From Verrucomicrobiota bacterium (GTDB taxonomy: Bacteria; Verrucomicrobiota; Verrucomicrobiia; Limisphaerales; AAA164-E04): a stretch of DNA of 64,000 bases. A program made the position numbers and the translations under genes. The DNA lies in assembly GCA_047947115.1 (NCBI GenBank), contig CP170459.1:4704001-4768000 (forward strand), given 5' to 3'. The notes beneath the pieces are model-generated. The model ran no database searches, had not been told where the DNA came from, and worked only from the letters and a program-made list of their open reading frames with translations. Below are positions 10,775 through 22,169 of this stretch, one piece after another (the first letter of the stretch is position 1; each line of letters begins with the position of its first letter).

Positions 10775-10823
10775 GGAGTATTTACCGAATTTTGATTAAA
10801 ACAGGATTACTGGAAGCACACAC

Positions 10824-13800
10824 TTATTCGGCCTGATGAAGGCGTTGCGTGGCGATCCTCGCCAATTTCTTCGTTAACAAATCCAGTTTCAGGGGTTTCA
10901 CCAAAAAATCGTTCATTCCGATTTCAAGGCATTTTTCCCGGTAACCTTTCAAAGCATTGGCTGTTGTGGCGATGATAACAAGGTCATCAAATTTCTTGTT
11001 GGACCGGATGCGTCGTGTCGTTTCCATTCCGTCCATGCCAGCCATATTGCAATCCATCAGCACGACATCAAATGGGTGGGATTCCAATTGTTGTAATGCG
11101 GATTCCCCTTCAGGAACCACCGTTGCATCACAGCCGGCCTTTCTGAGGTAAATTTGGAGAAGTTTTTGATTAATGGAGTCATCCTCGACGACGAGCACTC
11201 TGAGTGAGGAACTTTTCAACCGCTTACCTTCATCAACTTGCTCTTCATGCATGCTTGCAGCATCTGCAAGGGAACGATCCGTCTTCTCTTCCCCTGAACC
11301 AATGTGATCATAAAACTGATGCATGGAAGCTTCGGACAGTGGATTGAACAGCCTGAGAGGCGGCTTCCGCGTCGGAAAAGGCAAGGAGGCTCCGGTTGTC
11401 CGGCTTGCTGTATCGATCAGCACCCAGCGAAAGTTTGACCTCCAACATGCATCAGACAGGTCGATCAAGGAACTTAGCAAGTCGGTCGGCAAAAGGCGAC
11501 AATCAACCACCAGAGTGGAAAACGGTTTTCCCTTCCACGGTTTCCCTCTTCTCAACTCCTCTTTAAAATCCTCCACCGTCAATGTCTCGACAATGAGCCG
11601 TGACTCTCCGGATGGTTGGAGAAAGTATTCCTTTACAAACCGGCTGTCTGAAACGAGTAGAACATTTTCAACAGGGGGCACATTCCCGGCAGTGAATGTA
11701 CCGCCATTTTCGATCGATTCGCCCTTTTTGAATGGCAGTTCAACCCAAAACAGAGAGCCGTCTCCGGAAATCGCATCCGCACCGATGCTGCCTCCCATTG
11801 TATGCACAATTCTCTTGGAAAGGTTCAGGCCCAGCCCGGCCCCGCCAAACCGACGCGGTTCATCCCCTCCAGCTCTGGTCAACACTTCGAATAGTCGATC
11901 ACGGTCCCCTTCCCGCAAAGGAATTCCGGAATCCTCAACTTCAAATCGAACCTGGCAGTTGCCATCTTGAAGTTGCTTGCCTTTCATGCGAATGGCGATT
12001 CCTCCCTTATCCGTGAATTTAACGGCGTTGGTCACCAGGTTCAGCAACACCTGTCTCAGTCGCGAAGCATCCGTCAGCACGTAACGGCACATGCCGGGCT
12101 GGCTCAGGACGACCAGATCCAACTGTTTGACATCCACCTCGGCCACCACGGTGGTGGCCACCTCATCCACAAGTGCGACCAGATCGGCATTTTCCGTGAC
12201 AAGGGTCAAGCGGCTGGTTTCCAGTCGTGACATGTCGAGCATGTCCAACATCAATTTCAGCACTCCGTCCGAGGCAGCGGAGATCGTGCGCACCTGCTCC
12301 CTTTGTTCAGGATCCAAGTTCGATTGAAGCAGCAATTGAGACATCCCCAGCACACCGTTCATGGGAGTACGGAGGTCGTGACTCATCATTGTCAGAAAGT
12401 TCGTCTTGGCCTCATGCGCTTCCCGATAAGAATCTCGCGATTGAATCAGTCGTAATTCAGATTGTTTGCGCGCATCCACGTTACGCGCAATCGCCTGGTA
12501 ACCGAACACTCCTTCCTGCAGTGCAAGTCCACGGATTGAAAGCTCGACGTAGGCGTACCCGCTGTTGCGGTGAAGCAGTTCCACTTCGATGACCTGGCCT
12601 TCGTCATCCGCAGCAGTCTGTTGTGCGTTGCCCATCTTGAATGCCTGCTTCACCTTTTCCACATCCTGAGGGGCAATCCACTTCAAAATCAACTCCCCCT
12701 GAACCGCTTTCAGTTCTGTTCCAAAGAAATCCAGAAAGGAGTGATTCGCCGTCACCAATCTCCCCTGAGCATCCGTGATAAAAATAAGATCCAGCGCCGA
12801 TTCAAACAGGTTATGGTATTTCTCCTCCGCCTGCTGTTCCTTCACCAACATTTCGCGGATATGCTCCGTCTGCTGTCGGACCTTGCGCTTCAGAACAATC
12901 CCCCAAGTCATGGCGGCAAGCCCCACCAGCCCCGTGATTCCCAGGGCGATCAATATGCGCCGGGGAGTCCACCAATCGGGCGGCACCAATACCTTGACGT
13001 CTTCTTTACTGCGCAACACCAGCGTCGGGACTTCACCGATGGATGAGTCTCTTGGAACCGAACGAAGCACTCCCGTGATCTCAAGAAAACTACCCACATT
13101 GAAGGAAGAAGATGTCAACCCCGGCGTCTCACTGATATCCAGCGTGGCCGCAAAGCGTCCCCCTGAAGATTGGATGAGGAAGTTCAACCGGCTCGCGTTC
13201 GAGGTAACTTCCACCAAGTGTCCCTGACGTGTTACAAGGCGATGCAGATGATCAAAGTCCAATTTCGGAACGACACGGTCCGACAAGGCAACCACTTCAA
13301 ATGTAACCTGAGCCGGGGTGATCAGCGCCTCTTCGATCAGCACACCTTCATCGGTCAACCGGGGCCAGCCGACCACATGAATAAAACTCCCGATCGCCAA
13401 ATTGGATTTCTCACTGGCTGGATCGATCAAAAAACCTTGATCCCTGGTCTGAAAGGCCCATTTGGAAGAACCATCCTTTCCTGTCACAACCCCACCAAGC
13501 TGCACTCTGAATGTTTCACCAAGCTGTGAACCTGCCAGTGCCGAGCGGTCTATCGAAGGCATCAAGGCAGGTAATTTTTCATAGGGCCGTGCGCGCAACA
13601 CTTCCAGATGAGATTCATCCTGAAGATAAAGCACAACTCCAGTCGGTTTTTCATTCTCCCACTGGAAACCGGCGACACCTGTGAATGTTACGATGGAATC
13701 CACCCAGATGGATGGATCCTTGCCGGAACCGAAATCACGGACAAACCCAAGGAAGGTCCCGGTCTTCGTTTGCACTTTTAGCTCCAGGCTGTTCCCCACC

Positions 13801-15181
13801 TGAACCGCACTTCGAATTTGTCCCTCTATCCCGACATATTGCGCATCGAAATCACCGCGCGCGAGTTGTTCCAGATCACAGGGTACAGGTGCTGGGAAGT
13901 CACTTTTTCCCAGGATTTCATAGGATGCATTTTGGATATTATGTTTGAGAAATCCCTCAACGGTATTGCCTGTCAACCGAATCCTGGTTCCGCCCGGCAA
14001 CCACTCAGCAAACGTGTTTTCGGTGGTCACGTAGATACCTCCCGTCTGGTCCTGAACAAAAAACGCGTAATGTGCAGGGTGATGATAGGTCACGACGACT
14101 TCCAGATCGACCGGTTTGTTACGCCTTGCCTCCTCCGGCACAAGTGCAAGCACTTCGGCGACATTCTTGATTGGGTCCAGGTATTCCGTCGCACGGAAAC
14201 GCCAGGCGGGCTCTCCCGCCGATTCATTCAGAAAAACAATGGATGGTATCAAGGCAAACTGAGCTGATCGACGCACAGGGAACCCAACACACCGGGCTCG
14301 TCTGCCGATCAACTCATCCTGTGCAGCCCAATCCAACATGATTTCTCCCCCCTCCACCTTCAAAACCCATTGGTAGGTATCCGATTTGCCCAACACACCT
14401 TCCATCATGACCGGTTGGGTTGTGTTCGAGTCGACTTTACCGGCCAGGGTTTCCAGCGAAACAGAGGAACCATGCACCAGGTCCTGAATAGAGAGAATGT
14501 CCTGACGAGAGGAAATCCCAAACGCATTGCGGACAGCACTACCGGTGACACGCGGATCTGCCGGCAAGTACACACCAACCACCTTCACCCAACGTCCCAT
14601 AATATCCTGCCGAGGGAATTCCTTCCACACACGATCAGGGACACGCAGAAAGTAATTGTCATACTCCCTGTAACGAAACCCGAGCACTAGTTCACCCTGC
14701 ACCTGTGCCACGGAGGTAATGAGGCCTGCGACCAGCACTTTCTTGAAAAACGGATCCGAGGATACGAAATCAGGCGGAGTAACCTTAGTGCCTGCACTCC
14801 CGGGCGGTCGATCCAGCTTCTTCCAGGCAACCAACCTTACACCCGGTTGCTGAAGCAGGTGCATGGTTGTTCCTTCGATATGAATGTCGTCTCCTGTTTG
14901 CAGATCAGGAAAAGAACCGATCACATGCACGGGAACCCCCTCCCCCCTTCTCCCAGGATAAAAAATGAACGCTCAGGCGAAACAAAAACAACCGAACCAT
15001 CCAGATAGACGGGCAGTTGTCTATCCACCTGGGAAGCATCGAGGTAGCGAACAGCCTGCCATTGGCGCAACACACCATCCTGAGCGTGTAGAGCCCCCTT
15101 CGACAAAACCAGGCCACACAGTATGATCACGAATGCTCTGAAGATCGAATTTGCCAATGTTCGTTTCACCCTGAAAATCAC
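10824..15181 (-). CDS. Hybrid sensor histidine kinase (repeated extracytoplasmic domains, TM, PAS, HisKA, HATPase, REC), split by a frameshift at 14936-14947
   Basis: H-box SHDLRTPMNG, N-box QVLLNLVTNAVKFT, GAGLGL, REC LVVEDD...LMDCNM...KP. ORF 14921-15181 supplies the signal peptide and first repeat; one extra G in G6-A-G5 joins it to 10824-14930. Confidence 0.85.
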
Positions 15182-15351
15182 TCCACTTATTCCAACTAGT
15201 TTACTCTAACCTCCGCTTTCACATATCGTTGAGACAACAACACACTTCATTAAGGCCTCCACGGCGAGGCAAATCATAATAACAAATCCGCCACCGACAC
15301 AATGTAGAATGTTGCTTCATTTCATGACAACAACGAGGTTGACGGCGCAGA

Positions 15352-16800
15352 CTAAAGGGAATGATCGCCAGGGAATGGAAGGACCGGTAATTGCACACGA
15401 AAGCAAGCCCCACCTTCAGGTCTGTTCCAGCCCCTGATCTTGCCTCCGTGTCTCTGAACAATACCTCGCGTGATGGTGAGACCAAGTCCAAGGCCGGATT
15501 CGCTGTGCTGCTTGCGGGTGGAAAACTCGGATTCGAAAATCCGCTCTTCCAGCCCAACAGGAATGCCGTATCCTTCATCCAGCACATCCACGCAAATCTC
15601 TTCATCTGCCGCACTGGCACGTATTTCAACCAATCCTCCCGGCTCCGTGGCCTCCATGGCGTTAACGATCAGATTGGTCCACACCTGGTTCAACTGCCCC
15701 TGGTGTGCGCGTATCTTTGGAATTTCACCCAATTCAACGTGGACCTGATAATTCTTGAGCCGATATTTCAGCAATTGAAGCGTATCCCGAAGACCTTCCC
15801 GGATATCAATCCACTGCCACCCCATGCCCTGCGCTTTGCTGTAATTCTTGAGGCTGATCACCAACTGAGTGATCCGATCGACAGAAATCCGTTGAGATCT
15901 TAAACACAGCCCCAACTCGAATGCATCCAATGCCCGCTCAAATTCAGGAGACAAAGACTCGCATCCTCCCCAGGCATCCATCCAGGATGAAACAATGTCA
16001 TCCGGAGCCTGGGCCAGGCGTCGACAGACTGATCGAGCAAGCGAAGGAAAGCTCTCCTTCAGATTTGTCATGCGTCCACGCCGTTCCTCCGGTGTAAAAT
16101 GTGGCTGATCTGCCCCGGCCCGCACCATGGCCATTGGAGACAACACCCCCTTCTCCTCTCCGGGAATCAGTTGCTCGATCAGACTGAAAAGATGTTCCAC
16201 ATTTCGGGACAAAGCTGCGGCGGGATTGTTCAACTCGTGCGCCAACCCGGCAATCAATTGCCCCAGGGTCACCAGTTTTTCCTGACTCACCAATTGCTGT
16301 TGAGCGGCTTCAAGATCGTTGATGGCAATTTTGAGTTCGTTGCTTTCTTTTTCCAATCGACGGCTCAAGGTGGCCACTTGCCGATTGAGTGTGATACCCC
16401 GACGGTAACGATGCGACAAATTCGAAATGAAAAGATTCTGGATGGCCTGGTTAAAATCAGTCTTCTGCTGACTGAGCTGGTGGAATCTGGCCCGATCCAG
16501 CACCAGGCACTGGACTTCGGTCAGGGCTCTGGAATCAGCCACATTGGGTTGCTGATTCCAAAAGGAAGCCAGCCCCAGAAAATCACCACGCCCGAAGGAC
16601 CCGACTTTCAGTACCGAGGACTCGGTTTCGGATTCCACCATTTCAAGATTGCCGTGCCCCTTCAAGATCAGGTGAATCCCGTTATTCACCTCTCCGCTGC
16701 GTAGAATAAGCTGACCGGCTTGGAAGTTCAAAATATGCTGCTCAAGATCAGGGTCTTGAAGCAACATCGATTCCATTTTTTCCAGATCCGACTCGGACAT
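15352..16800 (-). CDS. Cytoplasmic cNMP-binding-domain histidine kinase (NtrB-like)
   Basis: N-terminal CNB fold (GQLILRSGE...GDFLG...ADSRAL), AHELNNP, QVWTNLIVNA, DEGYG, GLGLGL. Confidence 0.9.
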   Translation of the reverse strand: MSESDLEKMESMLLQDPDLEQHILNFQAGQLILRSGEVNNGIHLILKGHGNLEMVESETESSVLKVGSFGRGDFLGLASFWNQQPNVADSRALTEVQCLVLDRARFHQLSQQKTDFNQAIQNLFISNLSHRYRRGITLNRQVATLSRRLEKESNELKIAINDLEAAQQQLVSQEKLVTLGQLIAGLAHELNNPAAALSRNVEHLFSLIEQLIPGEEKGVLSPMAMVRAGADQPHFTPEERRGRMTNLKESFPSLARSVCRRLAQAPDDIVSSWMDAWGGCESLSPEFERALDAFELGLCLRSQRISVDRITQLVISLKNYSKAQGMGWQWIDIREGLRDTLQLLKYRLKNYQVHVELGEIPKIRAHQGQLNQVWTNLIVNAMEATEPGGLVEIRASAADEEICVDVLDEGYGIPVGLEERIFESEFSTRKQHSESGLGLGLTITRGIVQRHGGKIRGWNRPEGGACFRVQLPVLPFPGDHSL

Positions 16801-16815
16801 AACAATGAGACACGG

Positions 16816-17313
16816 TCAAAAGTCGCTGGCCATGCCTTTTTTATGGATGGCGTCGGCAATCATGCCGGCATCCAGCACAGACATGTAGGACATCGGATCC
16901 GACGAATGATCCAGGACGTATTGAGTGAGCAACTTTCGAACAACCTCCTGCAGATGCTCGCCTTTCCAGGGTTTAGAAATGTAATAATCCAGCCCGGCAC
17001 GATTGATGGCCTCGATGGTGTCCTCATGCCCCGCCTGCCCCGTGAGCAATACCTTCCGGGCCGACTCTGCACCGGGTATCACATCAAGAGACGCGAGTAA
17101 TTCCACTCCCGTTTCCCCCGGCATCAGATGATCACAGACAATCACTCCCAACCGATCCTCGCGGCCATCAATCGTCGAACAGATCTTTCGAGCTTCCTCG
17201 GCCGAGGCGGCAAGTTCGACAGGGAAGATATCATCAAACACGCGCAGATCCCTTTCGATCGCCTCCAGCACTTCCGGTTCATCGTCCACACAAAGTATGC
17301 ATATCTGGTTCAT
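16816..17313 (-). CDS. Response regulator receiver protein with short C-terminal extension
   Basis: ILCVDDE, CDHLMPG, LLTG, ISKPW. Confidence 0.9.
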   Translation of the reverse strand: MNQICILCVDDEPEVLEAIERDLRVFDDIFPVELAASAEEARKICSTIDGREDRLGVIVCDHLMPGETGVELLASLDVIPGAESARKVLLTGQAGHEDTIEAINRAGLDYYISKPWKGEHLQEVVRKLLTQYVLDHSSDPMSYMSVLDAGMIADAIHKKGMASDF

Positions 17314-17338
17314 AAACTCATCTTTCCAAACTGCCATT

Positions 17339-18772
17339 TCAAAGGAACAAAGGCCAGTAAAACAAGGCGCAAGCTATCAGCATCAAACCACCGACCAAAC
17401 CCACGATCAACCCCGCCTTCATCATGTTCTTCGTATCAATCAATCCCGAACTCATCCCGATGGCGTTGGGTGGGGTGGATATGGGCAGGGTCATGGAGAA
17501 ACTTACAATGATTCCGATCAGGACCACATTTCGGGTCAGATCCGCTTCAGCCATTTGAATACCCGAAGCAAAACCAATCACAAGAGGAATCAGAATACTG
17601 GCGCTGACGGTATTTGAAACCAGATTCGCCACGATGTAACCCAACAGGCAAAAGCACATCATCGCCCCCACCGGACCGAGTGCGTCCATTGAAACACGTG
17701 TCAGCATCCAGTCGGCGACTCCATTTTCCTTGAGGGAAACCCCCAATGAAATCCCACCAGCCACCAACCAGAGCACCTCCCAGGGGAAATTTCGTATCTC
17801 CTTCTTCTGAAGCACATTCAAAGCAGGCAAAAGTGCCACCGGCAGAAAGGCCACCATGGATGAAGGAATGCCATGCAATTTTTCAGTGACCCACAGCAAT
17901 ACCGTGCCTCCAAAGATGAGATAGGTCAGGAGGGCCGCATGATGTGTCGCGAACTTTCCATCCAGCTTCAGAGAAACCGTTTTGGACTGTGGAGGAAAAA
18001 GCTTCAACAACACCTGCCAGCAAATCAACAACATCACTACCACCAGGGGCACCGCCAGCAACATCCAGGTGGTAAAACTGATCTTCACACCGAGTTGATT
18101 CAGGGCAGCCAGCGCAATGGCGTTGGGCGGCGTCCCGATGGGGGTTGCGATCCCGCCGAGATTGGCGGCAAAGGGAACACTGAGTGCAAGGGCTTTTCGG
18201 AAAGGATCGGTTTTATCCAGCACACTGACCATGGGCAAGATCACGGTCATCATCATGGCAGTAGTGGCCGTGTTACTCATAAAGGCCGACAACATGGCGG
18301 TTGCCAGCATCAATCCGAACAGAATGGCGGAAGGAGCCTGCCCAAACGGGCGAAGAAGCCATCGGGTCAAATTCAGATCCAACCCCACTTTTACCGCTGC
18401 ACTGGCCAGTGAAAATCCCCCCAGAAACAGCACAATGATGGGACTTGCCAGAGAGGCGTAAAACGAACCATAGGGCGGTAGCGTGCCTCCTGTTTCGCTT
18501 TGAAAAAAGCCTGCACTGCTCAAGGTGAACACTTGCAACAAAATCACCAACAGCGAGGTCGCATAAATCGGAACAGGCTCGGTCATCCAGAATATCGCCG
18601 CAAATATAAAAACCCCCAAAGTTCTGGCGCCTTCGGAGGAAAGGCCATCAATGGACACCCACCAAGGCAGCAACAATCCCAAAAGACCGAGTACCATTCC
18701 AATTTTGGGCATGAAGGCCATCGTGCAGGGTTTCCTCTTATTTGTGCCAGGGTGCGTATTTCTTGAATTCAT
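17339..18772 (-). CDS. SLC13/DASS family anion (dicarboxylate/sulfate) transporter
   Basis: Many TM helices; SAFMSNTAT, TPIGTPPNAI, SNTVS and PISTPPNAI motifs. ATG overlaps the upstream stop (TAATG at 18770-18774). Confidence 0.92.
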   Translation of the reverse strand: MNSRNTHPGTNKRKPCTMAFMPKIGMVLGLLGLLLPWWVSIDGLSSEGARTLGVFIFAAIFWMTEPVPIYATSLLVILLQVFTLSSAGFFQSETGGTLPPYGSFYASLASPIIVLFLGGFSLASAAVKVGLDLNLTRWLLRPFGQAPSAILFGLMLATAMLSAFMSNTATTAMMMTVILPMVSVLDKTDPFRKALALSVPFAANLGGIATPIGTPPNAIALAALNQLGVKISFTTWMLLAVPLVVVMLLICWQVLLKLFPPQSKTVSLKLDGKFATHHAALLTYLIFGGTVLLWVTEKLHGIPSSMVAFLPVALLPALNVLQKKEIRNFPWEVLWLVAGGISLGVSLKENGVADWMLTRVSMDALGPVGAMMCFCLLGYIVANLVSNTVSASILIPLVIGFASGIQMAEADLTRNVVLIGIIVSFSMTLPISTPPNAIGMSSGLIDTKNMMKAGLIVGLVGGLMLIACALFYWPLFL

Positions 18773-19443
18773 TAGAACTGGATGTTCAGGTGTGTTCCCA
18801 GAATGTGATTCTGATTCCAACCGGATGGGTTAAACTGACGGATTGATTGAATCATGTAGAAGAGTGTCACATCGCAACTCTCGCCCAAATCAAACTGGAG
18901 GCCCACAGGCACCAGTCTGTTTTCACTGAATTGGTTGATCTCGTGATCCCAGAAGAATTCATTGTTGGCATAGACAGATTTCAATCGCCCCATGCTGAGC
19001 TGATATCACATTTCATACCGGGATCTGGAGCGAAATGTCCACCCATTCCTGGATTCTCGAAGGCGCCACTCAAATCGATTCCGATTGTGAAACTTCCATG
19101 ATTCTCCAAACTTGTGCTTGAAATTAAGTTCATTTTCAAACCGATGCTCCTTTTGCCAGATATCACGATTCAAATCATGTATATCCAGGAACAGATAGCC
19201 GACACCTACCTGCACAGGATCATTGACGGCATATTGCAGACGAGGTCCAATGATCATGATTTTCTCCCTTCGGCTGTTGTCTGCAATACGATTGTCCGCA
19301 TAAATGTGGGACTTGAAACGCTCCCCTTTTGTTAAATGAAAGATCATCCACTGCCATGTTTGGAAATCGTTCTCGGCAAGTGACTGCAGACACCCGCCCA
19401 AAACTAAAAACAGTATCGTTAACCCAATGTAAACTGACCTCAT
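18772..19443 (-). pseudogene. DUF2490-type outer-membrane beta-barrel, interrupted by in-frame TGA at 19006-19008
   Basis: Signal peptide, DFQTW, EHR, HNRNRFEWR, NNEFF, SENR and terminal Phe. ORFs 19006-19443 and 18772-18993 share one frame: RYEM*YQLSMGRL. Confidence 0.78.
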
Positions 19444-19785
19444 AAGAATCCTTTATTCCCCGACACCTAGTTAACGGCGAACATTCAGGCCGTGCATAGC
19501 GAAAAACCAAGACTCTTAACTTATCGGACAAATTTTGCGATCTGGAGCACAACATATGTCCACCTTATACACCCCCCCCCTCCCGTTTTATCCTCATCCT
19601 CATCTTATAACCTTTGCCAAAGGTAAGTTCAGAAAAAACTCTGCGTCACTGCGTCCCTGGCGCAGCCTGCGTGAGAATAAGAAGCATCAGCGAGCCCTTA
19701 TGAGCAAATACTTTTGGCAATCAGTATAATCAGGTGCAGTGGACAGGTCATCCATTGGAATGAGCAGGCAAGTTTTTTTGCCGTG

Positions 19786-20151
19786 TTAATCTTCTGTCTC
19801 TTCGACTTCGATGTGGTGACCGGAGGCGGTTTCGACGGCGGTTTCGAGTTGGTTTCGAAACGCGTAACGGTAGGCGGGTGTGATGACGATTTCGCGAAAC
19901 AAGCCTCGGTCGCGTCGGATGACCAGTTTTCGGTGTTTGAAGCGGAAGGTGCTCACCCAAAGTTCTGCCCGGAATCGGCGCCGCTTTGACACGGAGATCA
20001 TATCCTTGAGCGCGAACCGTCTTACCGGCAGACCGAGGCAGTAAACCACGAGATACTTTGAAGTAATCCGATATTGGATGGAAGTCATCAATAAAGCAAA
20101 GATAGCCGTAAGACAAACCAGTGCTCCAAGTGTCGCCCAAAGGTAAATCAT
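19786..20151 (-). CDS. Small membrane-anchored protein (bacterial PH-like)
   Basis: N-terminal TM helix, then YRITSKYLVV...IVITP. Co-oriented in the gene run. Confidence 0.6.
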   Translation of the reverse strand: MIYLWATLGALVCLTAIFALLMTSIQYRITSKYLVVYCLGLPVRRFALKDMISVSKRRRFRAELWVSTFRFKHRKLVIRRDRGLFREIVITPAYRYAFRNQLETAVETASGHHIEVEETED

Positions 20152-20161
20152 GACAACCCCG

Positions 20162-20545
20162 CTATTCTTTGATGTTGCCCAGGTATAGCAGAATCACGGG
20201 CAACAATATGCCGGCCACCAGCACCAGCGTGACCATCCACTTGGATTTGCTCATTTTAAAAGCGAGAAAGATTCCCAGGACCACAGTGACAATCAAGGCA
20301 ACGGACATGGCCACGACCAGATACTTGAACAAGGCCGGATCAAACGTATCAGCAAACGCCAGAGGGAAAACCTGGTCGACATGAATGGAGGTCAATTTCT
20401 CCAACCAGCCCCCACCCTCAGCTTCTCCCACCGCCTTGTTCCGATGAACACTGACAGTCTGATACCATCCCGTCGCCGTGTAGAACAATAGCAGGGGCGC
20501 AAAAAAGCATCCCAAGTAAAGGTGGAGTTTTCTGAGAAATTTCAT
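20162..20545 (-). CDS. PepSY-associated TM-helix family membrane protein
   Basis: RKLHLYLGCFFAPLLLFYTATG motif, LTSIH, three hydrophobic segments. Confidence 0.7.
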   Translation of the reverse strand: MKFLRKLHLYLGCFFAPLLLFYTATGWYQTVSVHRNKAVGEAEGGGWLEKLTSIHVDQVFPLAFADTFDPALFKYLVVAMSVALIVTVVLGIFLAFKMSKSKWMVTLVLVAGILLPVILLYLGNIKE

Positions 20546-20564
20546 GGACCGGTTTCCAGCACAA

Positions 20565-21197
20565 TCACCATTCGATGGGAACAATGATGGTATCCCCTGC
20601 CCGAATTTTAGTCGGATCGGTGATGTTGGGGTTGGCTTCAAGAATCCCGTCAACCGTCACATCGTATCCTTCCAGTCGATACGCTTTGGCTATGGCTGAA
20701 AGGGTATAGCCCTTTTCCAAGACAACTTCCGCGATACGTTTGGGAACCCTACGGGGCTTATCGGTTGCACGCTTGACCTCTTTGGGTGCCGGCGCTTTGC
20801 CGAGTTCTTCAATTGCTTTCCAGATCTTTTTGATTTCTTCGCTGATGATCTTGTTGTCCTCGGCCCGTTTGCTGTCCACAGACTTGATCTGCTCTACAAG
20901 CGCATCCGACAATTTCTTGGCATCCGATTCGGTCACCAAATCAGCCGGCAGTTTGTTGATGGAGTTGCGAAGGCTTCGGTTCTCTTCTTCCAACGCTTCG
21001 AGACGACGCACAAGAGTCAGATTTGCCTGTTGGGCATCTTCCAATTCGGCTGATAGTTTGCGGTAGCGCTCATCAGATTCCTGGCGCAGGAGATAAATGG
21101 TGCTCTGCACACTCTGTTCCTGGGCCATCAAAAACTGAGTCTTGCCCGTCCCAATAATGGCAAAAAGAAAGAGATAAATGATATAATTCCAACGCAT
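20565..21197 (-). CDS. Secreted coiled-coil protein with C-terminal LysM domain
   Basis: Signal peptide, heptad-rich middle, EKGYTLSAIAKAY...ILEANPNITDPTKIRAGDTIIVP. Confidence 0.88.
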   Translation of the reverse strand: MRWNYIIYLFLFAIIGTGKTQFLMAQEQSVQSTIYLLRQESDERYRKLSAELEDAQQANLTLVRRLEALEEENRSLRNSINKLPADLVTESDAKKLSDALVEQIKSVDSKRAEDNKIISEEIKKIWKAIEELGKAPAPKEVKRATDKPRRVPKRIAEVVLEKGYTLSAIAKAYRLEGYDVTVDGILEANPNITDPTKIRAGDTIIVPIEW

Positions 21198-21272
21198 GAT
21201 GACATAACTTGCGCCAAAAGGACGTATCCTTCAAGGCGGATTCAAATTTTTATACATTTTTGCGGAACGCAC

Positions 21273-22169
21273 CTACTCAACGAGCCAGGCCATGATCGCC
21301 TTCTGAGCGTGCAGCCGGTTCTCAGCCTGATCAAATATGGTCTGAGCATGGGCTTCCAGGACCTCTTCCGTGACTTCCTTTCCACGATAAGCCGGCAGAC
21401 AATGCATCAGCAGAGCCCCATCATTAGCCTTCGCCATCAAATCCACATCAATCTGGTAACCCTTCAACAATTCCAACCGACTGGCCGATTCTTCTTCCTT
21501 GCCCATGGAAACCCAGACATCAGTGTAAAGCACATCACTTCCCCTGACCGCCTCATCCAGATCTTCGGTTACTTTCAGGCAATCACCGGCCTGCTCGATC
21601 AGGTACGGCGCCGGAAAGAACTGTTTGGGTGCGGCAATCCTCAGTTCAAATCCAAACCGCATCGCTCCGTAGATCCAGGATGTCGCCACATTACAGGCCC
21701 CATCTCCGATGAATGTAACGGTCTTCCCTTTGATCTCTCCCAATTTCTCCCGGATGGTCATGACATCCGCAACGATCTGGCAAGGGTGGGCGTGATCCGT
21801 CAGTGCATTGACCGTGTGAATTTTGCTGAAAGAAGCAAAGTCCAGAACATCCTGATGACCATAGGTCCGGATAATGGCCCCGTGCACCATGCGGCCCAGC
21901 ACACGCGCGGTATCCTTGATAGGTTCACCACGCCCGAGTTGCATATCATTCGCCGCAAGAAAAATGACCTGCCCCCCCAGCTCCCGCACTCCCACTTCGA
22001 AGGACACCCGTGTTCGGGTGGAAGATTTGGAAAAAATCATCGCCCATGTCTGGCAGGCCAGCGGTTTGAAGGAGGTATTCCCACGTTCCGCTTTCAGTTT
22101 GTCGGCCAGATTTAAAATGTGCTCCAGATCCGAACTGCTTTGTTCTTCCAGACTTAAAAAGTGTTTCAT
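21273..22169 (-). CDS. argF: Ornithine carbamoyltransferase
   Basis: SSTRTRVSFE, HPCQ, DVWVSMG, HCLP. Confidence 0.97.
   Translation of the reverse strand: MKHFLSLEEQSSSDLEHILNLADKLKAERGNTSFKPLACQTWAMIFSKSSTRTRVSFEVGVRELGGQVIFLAANDMQLGRGEPIKDTARVLGRMVHGAIIRTYGHQDVLDFASFSKIHTVNALTDHAHPCQIVADVMTIREKLGEIKGKTVTFIGDGACNVATSWIYGAMRFGFELRIAAPKQFFPAPYLIEQAGDCLKVTEDLDEAVRGSDVLYTDVWVSMGKEEESASRLELLKGYQIDVDLMAKANDGALLMHCLPAYRGKEVTEEVLEAHAQTIFDQAENRLHAQKAIMAWLVE

Noticed and set aside
19570..19680. C9 tract and CTGCGT short repeats
   Set aside because: Intergenic and too short to assign; not a CRISPR array (no regular repeat-spacer period).
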